Shown here: positions 1 through 7,129 of the stretch, one piece after another
Layout of the letters: every line of letters begins with the position of its first letter
Position numbering within the stretch: the stretch's first letter is position 1
IMG/VR virus record: IMGVR_UViG_3300035322_000174
Span: 1 to 33,137 of that record
Source of the DNA: a virus
Lineage: Duplodnaviria; Caudoviricetes
Direction: 5' to 3' (one strand)
Length of the DNA stretch: 33,137 bases
Position numbers and translations under genes: made by a program
The notes under the pieces: model-generated
What the model saw: the letters and a program-made list of their open reading frames with translations, nothing else
The model's database searches: none
Told to the model about the DNA's origin: nothing

Positions 1-1
1 C

Positions 2-187
2 ATCTTTACAATTTGAATCATTGCCGTTTGTACAATACTGGAAATAGTTGTCCTCGCCATCTTGTATAACTTGCAGTTGTAAGTCGTTACCTACTTGGTT
101 GATGTAAATTTCATTTGCATAACAGGTTTGAGCACCAAAGTATAATGCTATTACTAAAATTCCTAAGTGTGTTCCTGTAAGTTTCAT
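2..187 (-). CDS. Second curlin-like (CsgA/CsgB-like) secreted protein, partial (runs off the left edge); not in the ORF track
   Basis: ATG at 187 overlaps the TGA of the FecR gene (ATGA). Translation: MKLTGTHLGILVIALYFGAQTCYA-NEIYINQVGNDLQLQVIQDGEDNYFQYCTNGNDSNCKD. It has a signal peptide, and the mature start aligns with ANDIYIAQVGDNLDLDIVQDGSNN of the 1307..2008 protein. Confidence 0.8.
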   Translation of the reverse strand, partial: MKLTGTHLGILVIALYFGAQTCYANEIYINQVGNDLQLQVIQDGEDNYFQYCTNGNDSNCKD

Positions 188-1332
188 TGGTTCTGCCTTA
201 TATCTATAGAGTTAATACCAGCACCTAGTCTATAATCTAGTATTGCTTCTCCTTGTTGCTCTACATTAATAATATATCCCCCTTCTTGGGACAATCTTAA
301 TTGTGTCATGTTTACAACACCTGCGTCTGTTCTTCTAAATATGTAATTAGGGTCTGCTTTTTCTAATTCTATTCTTGTATCTGGATCGTAGCCAAATTGT
401 TGGTCTGCAAAAAATTGTTCGTTTTGTTTGTCTAGTTCGTTTCTAAACAATGCGGCTAATTGTAGATTAAGTTGATCTATCATATCATATAACAGTTCAC
501 CTAGGTAATAATCTGTTCCACGCATTAAGTCTGTTACCCATATATCTTTGATACTATCCGTAAGTGCATCGGTATCAAGGTCATCGAATTCTAAGTAATC
601 AATATCTAAGAATTCAAACTGAGCTCTTTGCTTTTTAAGTATTTCTATTTCTTCTTCGTCGTAAGGACTACGCTTTCTTAATATTAAGAGCGATCCTATT
701 TGTTTTTCATCTAAGTCTAGTACCAATGGCTTTGACGGCTTTTGGTAACTGCTTTTTATCTGTGTTGTTTGAAATGCTTGATTCATAATAACAAAACCTG
801 TGTCGCTTTCAACACTAATTTCGCCTACTATACATGTACCGTTAGTATCACAACTAGGTAGCAATGTAACCATTGTACCACCTATTTCGTCTACAAGCAT
901 TATGAAATCTGTACCACGTACACCGATTGTTGCACTTGGTGTTCTTATTTTTACGTTTTGTTGATAACGTTTTGCTATTTGTCCAGAAGCGTACCTTACT
1001 GTTCCTAATGACGCTTTTAAACTAATTGATCCTATATCGTTTGCTGGATCATATACAAACTCGTCAATTAAAAGTCTGCTATGGTCTGTGAGATCAACAC
1101 GGGTGTCATCCACAAAGTCAATACGCATTTTACCTTTTGCAGTAACTGCTGTATCCATACTTTGCACACCTACACCCGTGCCGCCTTGAATAACCTGACG
1201 ATCCCTTTCTAGTACACCAGAACCTTTTATTTCGCCAATTGCGCCTGCATCAGGACTAGCGAATGCCGGCAAACTAGAAAGGGCCACGCATATTGCGATG
1301 CCCGACTTAATCAGATTGCGTAATATCAACAT
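184..1332 (-). CDS. Secreted FecR-domain protein with curlin-like C-terminal strands
   Basis: Signal peptide ending LPAFA; FecR-domain hallmarks (F-x-D-x-T-x-V-x-L, G-x-V-R, VKIRTPSATIGVRGTDF); C-terminus INVEQQG...INSIDIRQNQ. Start is uncertain (ATG 1332 or GTG 1344). Confidence 0.75.
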   Translation of the reverse strand: MLILRNLIKSGIAICVALSSLPAFASPDAGAIGEIKGSGVLERDRQVIQGGTGVGVQSMDTAVTAKGKMRIDFVDDTRVDLTDHSRLLIDEFVYDPANDIGSISLKASLGTVRYASGQIAKRYQQNVKIRTPSATIGVRGTDFIMLVDEIGGTMVTLLPSCDTNGTCIVGEISVESDTGFVIMNQAFQTTQIKSSYQKPSKPLVLDLDEKQIGSLLILRKRSPYDEEEIEILKKQRAQFEFLDIDYLEFDDLDTDALTDSIKDIWVTDLMRGTDYYLGELLYDMIDQLNLQLAALFRNELDKQNEQFFADQQFGYDPDTRIELEKADPNYIFRRTDAGVVNMTQLRLSQEGGYIINVEQQGEAILDYRLGAGINSIDIRQNQ

Positions 1333-2008
1333 CTTGGTTATCACCGCTGAAAGTTGCTTCGATTATGTTATCTCCCAAACCGCTTTGAGTTATATCATAA
1401 GTGCTTCCGCCACCAGTTACATCAATGTTAATTGTGTGTCCGTTAACGTCACCGTTACCGTCTACATCAATAGTGAATGTGTTACCAGTGTTAGCAAGAC
1501 TTGCACTATTATCACTTGTTAGTGTAAGTGCTACGCTTTCACCATCAATGTTAGATGTAACGGTGTTGCCGTCACCATCGATAGTAAAGTTTGCTACTAA
1601 GTCTTGTGCATCTGCTGCTTCACCTGCATAAATTGTAAATGCGTTTGAGTCACCATTTGTTGTTATATTTGCTGTTACGTTTTCACAATTGACACCTGAA
1701 GTTTGATCGCAAGTCATAGTTACACTATTACTATCTCCAATAAAACTCCACGTACCAGTATACGTATTCCCTTTGATAACCGCCGCTATCGTGTTTGAGT
1801 CGCCTTGCTGAGTAATACTAAATGTCATGTCGTCGCCATCTAGTGTTACGTCAGTAGTTGCTGTACCAATCACGTTGTTGGAACCATCCTGTACTATGTC
1901 TAAATCTAAATTATCACCTACTTGGGCAATATAGATATCATTAGCATAAGATGGAACGGCTATTAAAAGTGATACGCATGTTAGAACGCCTGTAATTATA
2001 TTTTTCAT
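1307..2008 (-). CDS. Curlin-like beta-solenoid (CsgA/CsgB-like) protein
   Basis: Start moved to ATG 2008 (GAGGG SD, signal peptide MKNIITGVLTCVSLLIAVPSYA). Repeated x-Q/D-x-G-x-x-N arcs (IAQVGDN, IVQDGSNN, ITQQGDSN, FIGDSN, TNGDSN, IDGDGN, ITQSGLGDN). Directly downstream of csgF-csgG. Confidence 0.75.
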   Translation of the reverse strand: MKNIITGVLTCVSLLIAVPSYANDIYIAQVGDNLDLDIVQDGSNNVIGTATTDVTLDGDDMTFSITQQGDSNTIAAVIKGNTYTGTWSFIGDSNSVTMTCDQTSGVNCENVTANITTNGDSNAFTIYAGEAADAQDLVANFTIDGDGNTVTSNIDGESVALTLTSDNSASLANTGNTFTIDVDGNGDVNGHTINIDVTGGGSTYDITQSGLGDNIIEATFSGDNQDVDITQSD

Positions 2009-2012
2009 ATTT

Positions 2013-2882
2013 TTAGCCCTCTTCTGAAACCCCATCTGTTTCAGAATTTTCATTTATTGTCTCTATAGATTCAGTGGTATCCTCCTTGAATGACCATAAA
2101 CGCTTACGTTCTCCTTCGTAAATGAGTTCAATAACACCCTGTTCTACCGCTGCCCTCACAGCATAGTTTACAGGCTCATTTACAGAAAACCCAGCTTCTG
2201 TCTCTACTAATTTAGTTCCTAAATCAAAGAACTTAAAGATATCCGCTCCGGATCGATAGCTTGCGATTGTTTTCTCGGTTGCTATACTCATTAGCACCTT
2301 TCCTGTGCTAACGCTTACTAGCCTCATGACTACAGTAACAGTGTCCACTCGGTACTCTGTCTGTACGCCTAAGCCTAAATACCTTGCTCCAGCACCGCCA
2401 ACGGCTGTGTTGCTGTCATATCCAACAACTCCGCCTTCCAGTATCAAACCTGCAAATAGCATTGGTTTGAGAGGGGTCGGTCCTGAAGGTAATTCTTTTT
2501 CATATACCTCTCTTGTTTGCCTTATTAATTGCCTTTCTTTTATTAAATTGTCCATTCCAACACGTTCAACAACATCGAACCATTGTCCTTTGCCTACGTC
2601 TTGGAGGGCCTTAATGACCCAAACTTCACTGCCTTGTGTTACTGCACTACTTAAACTTGCTACCATGTCCGAAGGTTTACGTTGACCAGTTTTATCATTA
2701 AAGCCATAAACGGCTATAGTAATTTTTGGTCCGTTAACTCCTGGAACATCTTCCATACGTTTTTGTATTGGACTCTCTTGCAAGGTAGGAGATGTAGCAG
2801 TATCCTCAAGTATTTGTAAACTTGGGTTCATTGCACATCCGCCTAGCATAGCAAGTGCTGTTAAGATTGCTAGGATTTTCAA
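2013..2882 (-). CDS. csgG: Curli secretion channel CsgG (outer-membrane lipoprotein)
   Basis: Lipobox LGGC; CsgG-family motifs AVYGFNDKTGQRK, SSAVTQG, WFDVVERxGxxNLxKERQLIR, LEGGVVGYDSN, GGAGARYLGLG, NEPV. Confidence 0.93.
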   Translation of the reverse strand: MKILAILTALAMLGGCAMNPSLQILEDTATSPTLQESPIQKRMEDVPGVNGPKITIAVYGFNDKTGQRKPSDMVASLSSAVTQGSEVWVIKALQDVGKGQWFDVVERVGMDNLIKERQLIRQTREVYEKELPSGPTPLKPMLFAGLILEGGVVGYDSNTAVGGAGARYLGLGVQTEYRVDTVTVVMRLVSVSTGKVLMSIATEKTIASYRSGADIFKFFDLGTKLVETEAGFSVNEPVNYAVRAAVEQGVIELIYEGERKRLWSFKEDTTESIETINENSETDGVSEEG

Positions 2883-3349
2883 AAGTTAAACTCCCCTAGT
2901 CCTGGAATAGTAATCTCTGTAACTGATCCATCTTCTCCAGTAATTGTAAGTGTTATCGATCCTGTTACTGGATCTTTAATCCATGATATTGTGTTACCTT
3001 CAACATCTGCTGTACCAGTATTTGCACAAGTGTCGCCACAATCAGCAAACATAGCATCAACCATTTGCTTACTAAGTGTTGCGTAAATTCTACTTTCTAA
3101 GTTTCTAATAAACTTATTGAGAACGCTATTTTCTAATTCACGTTCTATTCGCCTTGCTTCTGCGTCTGCTTCTTTACGAAGTTCTTGCTTGCGATTATGT
3201 TGTAATTGTTCTACACTTAAAACGTGTGTAGAGTAACCATTGCCATAATGAAATGCTGGATTTTTAAATTTCCATGTTAGTTCAGTTGCGCCGGCTGGCG
3301 AAAAAACAAGTACTAGTGTTAGTGCTAGTAGTTGAGTAAGTTTCTTCAT
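2879..3349 (-). CDS. csgF: Curli assembly protein CsgF
   Basis: Signal peptide followed by ELTWKFKNPAF (CsgF N-terminal F-x-N-P-x-F motif), F-x-x-NLESRIY and C-terminal ...G-x-x-T-x-I-x-IP. Overlaps the csgG start. Confidence 0.85.
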   Translation of the reverse strand: MKKLTQLLALTLVLVFSPAGATELTWKFKNPAFHYGNGYSTHVLSVEQLQHNRKQELRKEADAEARRIERELENSVLNKFIRNLESRIYATLSKQMVDAMFADCGDTCANTGTADVEGNTISWIKDPVTGSITLTITGEDGSVTEITIPGLGEFNF

Positions 3350-3402
3350 ATTTCATCTCCGTTGTGAACGCCCTCACGCTCTGTTCATCGAATTACCAAT
3401 TG

Positions 3403-3408
3403 TATTTA
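3403..3408 (-). promoter_or_regulatory. T4-late-like promoter (TAAATA) for the csgF operon
   Basis: TAAATA 54 nt upstream of the csgF ATG. The same hexamer precedes about 14 other genes in the window. Confidence 0.6.
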
Positions 3409-3447
3409 GTCATCTGTAGGACTAGAAACTGTTACAATCTATAATAA

Positions 3448-3465
3448 TTGTTACAAATGTAACAA
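3448..3465. promoter_or_regulatory. Palindromic operator-like site TTGTTACA-AA-TGTAACAA
   Basis: Perfect 8-bp inverted repeat in the intergenic gap, plus an extra half-site TGTTACAA at 3430-3437. Confidence 0.45.
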
Positions 3466-3483
3466 GGCTTTTGTGCGGAAATG

Positions 3484-4617
3484 TTATACTAGGGTGGCTT
3501 GCATACTCATGCCACGTTGTTGTCCATTTAGATACAGGGCACCGAGTTTGAATTTGTCTACAGCAACTGATAAATCTTCAAAGTGTAGTGTAGTAATATT
3601 GTCACCACTTGCTTTCATAAGGAGCATACTTGTGAAGTCTTGCTTTGCTTTATAACTTGCAAATGCTACAGGAGCAATAGTCATAGGCGTATGGTTTGGG
3701 TATGAACCTGCCGCTTTAGATATTAAAGCATCATCTGCATTAGGATATGCATACTGTAGTAGACGTTTGAATATTTGTTGTTGTTCGTTAATCATAAGTG
3801 GAGTAGGTTGAGTACCTTCCTCGACTTTTAAGTATTGCGGATCACTTAATACTTCTGTAATGTTAGGTAATGTTTTTGCACTTTGACGTGTTGACTTAAA
3901 CATGCTTACGCTCTTAGGACATTTCTTAGGATCTATTCTGCTTTCAGAACTTCTAATGTAAGTGTCTAATGGGTAGTCGTTCATTGCTGTCCAACGTCCG
4001 CCACCTTTGCCGCCTGCTGATGTTTTAACTTCAACAAGGTCATTGCCGTATTTTAAATCATAACTTGCTTTAGGATCTGTACCTGCTGTAACCTTTCTAT
4101 GGAAACATGCAATAGCAAGTTCGCCCGGGCCTGCTTCACCTGCGTTTTTACCAATTAGACCTGGATCGTTAATCATTGCCTTAAACATTGTTCTTGCTGT
4201 TTGGCTACCTTCGAACCAAGTGTCCATTGATTGCGGTGTACCTGAATTATCAAATAATGCTTCTGGCTTGATGCAATTTGTTGTAGCAAACTCTTTTAAG
4301 AATGCAACTTTATCGTTAGTAGGAATTTCTAGCTCAATGATCATTTGTGCTAGTCTGTTAACAAATTTTTCTGCGTCACTATCTGATTTAAAATACTTTG
4401 TTGAAACTCTAGTAATGCCGCCTTTACGTAGTATAGATTCTACTCTGTGTAATATGCTAGTATCATCTACACGCATAACTCTGTCAGCAACCTGTTGTTG
4501 TAGGTCTTTTACTTCTTTGTCGTCATAAGTGTCTGAACCAACATTGAGGTTGGCCATTTTCTTAGCAGGTATTTCATCACCTGGTGCTTCAACTAATTTA
4601 AAATCTTGATAACGCAT
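3484..4617 (-). CDS. PD-(D/E)XK restriction-endonuclease-like protein with capsid-targeting-like N-terminus
   Basis: GPGELAI...YDLKYGNDLVEVKTS (E...D-x7-E-x-K); N-terminus MRYQDFKLVEA; TAAATA at 4641-4646. Confidence 0.5.
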   Translation of the reverse strand: MRYQDFKLVEAPGDEIPAKKMANLNVGSDTYDDKEVKDLQQQVADRVMRVDDTSILHRVESILRKGGITRVSTKYFKSDSDAEKFVNRLAQMIIELEIPTNDKVAFLKEFATTNCIKPEALFDNSGTPQSMDTWFEGSQTARTMFKAMINDPGLIGKNAGEAGPGELAIACFHRKVTAGTDPKASYDLKYGNDLVEVKTSAGGKGGGRWTAMNDYPLDTYIRSSESRIDPKKCPKSVSMFKSTRQSAKTLPNITEVLSDPQYLKVEEGTQPTPLMINEQQQIFKRLLQYAYPNADDALISKAAGSYPNHTPMTIAPVAFASYKAKQDFTSMLLMKASGDNITTLHFEDLSVAVDKFKLGALYLNGQQRGMSMQATLV

Positions 4618-4630
4618 GTATTGTTAATCC

Positions 4631-5338
4631 CTATATAGAATATTTATCTAATTTAGGAAACAACATGTCGGTGCAGAAACGATCTACATCTTCTTCTGCA
4701 AGTCCAAGTGTTTTCATTACGTTTGCTGTGTGGGGATTTTGTTGCTGATTTTCACAATAATAGTTCTGTGCGGCTAGTGTCATATACTTGTCGCCATAGC
4801 CTTGAAACTCGGGTACTTCGTCAAACCATGCTTCTAAGTTTGCTAGTGCTAGATCAATAATTGCAACAGCCTCTTCTTCTGTACGTACATTGCCCGCGGC
4901 AATCATACTATCTGTAAAAATGTTTTGAGCCCATTCAGGAAGTGTTCTTTGTTTAGTTGGTACAAAGTCTTTTACAGCATCTCTATAACCTTCTACCATT
5001 GGATGGTCATCGCCACCACTACTTGCACTAAAGTCATGGAAGGCTCCAGTCATTTTATTTTTACCTGCAATAACATCAAAGCCGTATATTGGAGCATCGT
5101 TGTCTAATGTTGGAAAACAACATACATGCATCATCCATAAGCCTTTAGACTCACGTGCATCTACAACGTCTATGTGTGCTCTGCGTACATATTTGTTAGC
5201 CCATACACGATTGATCCAGCCATTGTCAGGCTGATTAAAATGCGACAGCCCTGGCTCTTCTATTTCGTCTGCATGTTTTTCAAATATTTCTAATATTTGA
5301 TCCTGACACTCAATCAGTCTGTCCCATATAATGCTCAA
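4631..5338 (-). CDS. pcyX: Ferredoxin-dependent bilin reductase, PcyX-like
   Basis: RRAHIDVVD, LWMMHVCCFP (His71), PIYGFDVIAG (Asp88), AFHDFS, LPEWAQNIF, QNYYCENQQQNPHT. Asp rather than PcyA's Glu in RRAHID. Coupled to a heme oxygenase. Confidence 0.85.
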   Translation of the reverse strand: MSIIWDRLIECQDQILEIFEKHADEIEEPGLSHFNQPDNGWINRVWANKYVRRAHIDVVDARESKGLWMMHVCCFPTLDNDAPIYGFDVIAGKNKMTGAFHDFSASSGGDDHPMVEGYRDAVKDFVPTKQRTLPEWAQNIFTDSMIAAGNVRTEEEAVAIIDLALANLEAWFDEVPEFQGYGDKYMTLAAQNYYCENQQQNPHTANVMKTLGLAEEDVDRFCTDMLFPKLDKYSI

Positions 5339-5876
5339 TGTCTAACTCCATTAGTTCTTTAAATAAATTTGTTGCAGAGTCAAAAACGTATTTTGCTTCT
5401 TCGGCCATATCGTCGTTGATTTTTGCACGGACTTTGTCCTTGAGTACAGAGGTATCTTCATCAAATTGATACATTCTGGCCTCACCTGGTATACGTTTTT
5501 TAATCATTTGTCCGCCGCTAAGGTCACCCATATGTAACACATATATGTGAGCCATTATTTTTGCTGGATCAGCCATTATTGTTTTCATGTGACTGATGTA
5601 CTCATTTGTACTTTCAACTATCGGCGGTGGTAGTTGATTATTCCATAATTCTAAGTAATCATCATGGATTGCGTTCTTACGTCTTATTGCATGTAGATCA
5701 TCTAGTAAACCGTGTGTAGTTGCAACAGCTTCTAATAAATCATATTTCTTATGTTGATTCCATAAGTATGTTGCGTAGAACTGTGGATTAATTTTTCCAC
5801 TCATCAATACTTTAACAAACTCTTGTCTTTCTGCTTCTTTATGATGTTCCCATGTTAATTCTTTTAAATTTGCCAT
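5310..5876 (-). CDS. hemO: Heme oxygenase (biliverdin IXalpha-forming type)
   Basis: LKELTWEHHKEAE (proximal His helix) and HIYVLHMGDLSGGQMI (distal helix motif GDLSGGQ). Start moved to ATG 5876, just after the clpS stop. Confidence 0.9.
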   Translation of the reverse strand: MANLKELTWEHHKEAERQEFVKVLMSGKINPQFYATYLWNQHKKYDLLEAVATTHGLLDDLHAIRRKNAIHDDYLELWNNQLPPPIVESTNEYISHMKTIMADPAKIMAHIYVLHMGDLSGGQMIKKRIPGEARMYQFDEDTSVLKDKVRAKINDDMAEEAKYVFDSATNLFKELMELDIEHYMGQTD

Positions 5877-5877
5877 A

Positions 5878-6180
5878 TTACCCGTTTTCTTCAACTCTTA
5901 TTTGCAGGGGAAATCCCTGGTTTCTACTAAGTGTTGTTGCTTCAGCTGCTTTAACTTCTGCAATCTCATATGAGTAAACTCCTACAACACCACTTCCTTC
6001 TGTATGTATCGTCATTGTTATTTCTTCTGCCGCAGCCTGGCTGTGTTTGAATACAGATATTAATAATGACACGACCCATTCCATAGGCGTTGCTTCATCA
6101 TTAAGAAATACTACCTTGTATTGACTAGGTTTCTTAATCTCTTGTTTGATCTTTTCATCTAGTTGTATATCTACTGACAT
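5878..6180 (-). CDS. clpS: ATP-dependent Clp protease adaptor ClpS
   Basis: YKVVFLNDEATPMEWVV, IHTEGSGVVGVYSYEIAEVK, GFPLQ. Confidence 0.93.
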   Translation of the reverse strand: MSVDIQLDEKIKQEIKKPSQYKVVFLNDEATPMEWVVSLLISVFKHSQAAAEEITMTIHTEGSGVVGVYSYEIAEVKAAEATTLSRNQGFPLQIRVEENG

Positions 6181-6192
6181 TTTCTTTCCTCT

Positions 6193-6220
6193 AAAAATGG
6201 GGGAGTAGTTACACTCCCCC
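6193..6220 (-). terminator. Intrinsic terminator (possibly leaky) after hsp20
   Basis: GGGGGAGT-GTAACT-ACTCCCCC followed by ATTTTT on the minus strand. Confidence 0.7.
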
Positions 6221-6228
6221 TAGACTAG

Positions 6229-6693
6229 TTACTTCTCAGCAACTTCACCATCGATTGTAAGACCATCATTGATCTTAATTTTCTTTGGTTGTAGTTCCTC
6301 AGGAACCTCACGCTTCAAATGAATGTTAAGCATACCTAGTTCAAGGCCTGCACTTTCAACATCAACGTGATCTGCAAGTGTAAACTCCCTACGGAAGTTA
6401 CGTCCGCCAATACCTTTGTGTAGGTAATTGACGTCTTCGTCTCCTTTAGGTGCTGTTCCTTCAATCTTTAGGATATTTTTATCTTTCTCGATTGAAAGAT
6501 TATCCATGCCAAAGCCAGCAACCGCTAATGAGATCATATACTCATCTTCGTTTATCTGTGCAATGTTATATGGGGGATACCCTTGTCCTTTAGCAGAATT
6601 TTCGAATACTCTGTCCATTTCGTCGAACATTCTATCGAATCCTACAAAGTGTCTGTGAATTGAGGGTAAGTCTAAGGTTGATATTCTTGTCAT
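6229..6693 (-). CDS. ibpA: Small heat-shock protein (Hsp20/IbpA family)
   Basis: VGFDRMF, YPPYNI, LAVAGF, YLHKGIGGRNFRREFTLA, GMLNIHL, PEELQPKKIKI. Confidence 0.95.
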   Translation of the reverse strand: MTRISTLDLPSIHRHFVGFDRMFDEMDRVFENSAKGQGYPPYNIAQINEDEYMISLAVAGFGMDNLSIEKDKNILKIEGTAPKGDEDVNYLHKGIGGRNFRREFTLADHVDVESAGLELGMLNIHLKREVPEELQPKKIKINDGLTIDGEVAEK

Positions 6694-6780
6694 AGTTTTC
6701 TCCTTTATTAAGCAAGATTTATATTAAAGAGTCCTTTCGGCACTCTACCTAAATGTATTGGGGGAACCATTCCCCCTCTA
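6694..6780 (-). ncRNA. ROSE-like RNA thermometer in the hsp20 5' UTR
   Basis: Three hairpins (6760-6776, 6728-6746, 6699-6717). The last is UCUUGCUU-AAUA-AAGGAGA, where UUGCU pairs with the SD and leaves a bulged G. Confidence 0.7.
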
Positions 6781-6786
6781 CACGTT

Positions 6787-6792
6787 TATTTA
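6787..6792 (-). promoter_or_regulatory. T4-late-like promoter for hsp20
   Basis: TAAATA immediately after the groES stop and just upstream of the first leader hairpin. Confidence 0.55.
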
Positions 6793-7080
6793 TCATTGTA
6801 AAACCGCTACTATATCCTTTTCGGTGATAGTTGTGTATTTTACATCTGATATTTCATATGATTCGCTGACGTTTGGGTTGACTAGTATTCTAGCACCAAC
6901 TTCAACTTCAGGCACGATAAAGTTACCTCTATCATCATAATTACCAGGGCCAACAGCTACAACCTCAGCTTCCATAATAGTATCGGGCTGAGCTTTAGCA
7001 ATAAAAATACCGCCTGCTGTTTGCTCTTCTGGTTCGTCTACCTTGATAATTATCTTATCAAGAATTGGTCTTAAGTTCAT
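6793..7080 (-). CDS. groES: Co-chaperonin GroES (Cpn10)
   Basis: LRPILDKIII, TAGGIFI mobile loop, EVVAVGPG, EKDIVAV. Confidence 0.92.
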   Translation of the reverse strand: MNLRPILDKIIIKVDEPEEQTAGGIFIAKAQPDTIMEAEVVAVGPGNYDDRGNFIVPEVEVGARILVNPNVSESYEISDVKYTTITEKDIVAVLQ

Positions 7081-7100
7081 AAGTATTCCTATAAAATTAT

Positions 7101-7129
7101 ATTGTACTACAATTTAAACTTAAAGTCAA
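7101..7129 (-). promoter_or_regulatory. Sigma70-like promoter for groES
   Basis: TTGACT-N17-TACAAT. The -10 lies inside the palindrome ATTGTA-G-TACAAT. Confidence 0.7.

Noticed and set aside
3361-3390. Riboswitch or structured element in the csgF leader (TGAAC...GTTCA)
   Set aside because: Only a 5-bp stem is evident and I cannot match it to any known aptamer; too weak without comparative data.
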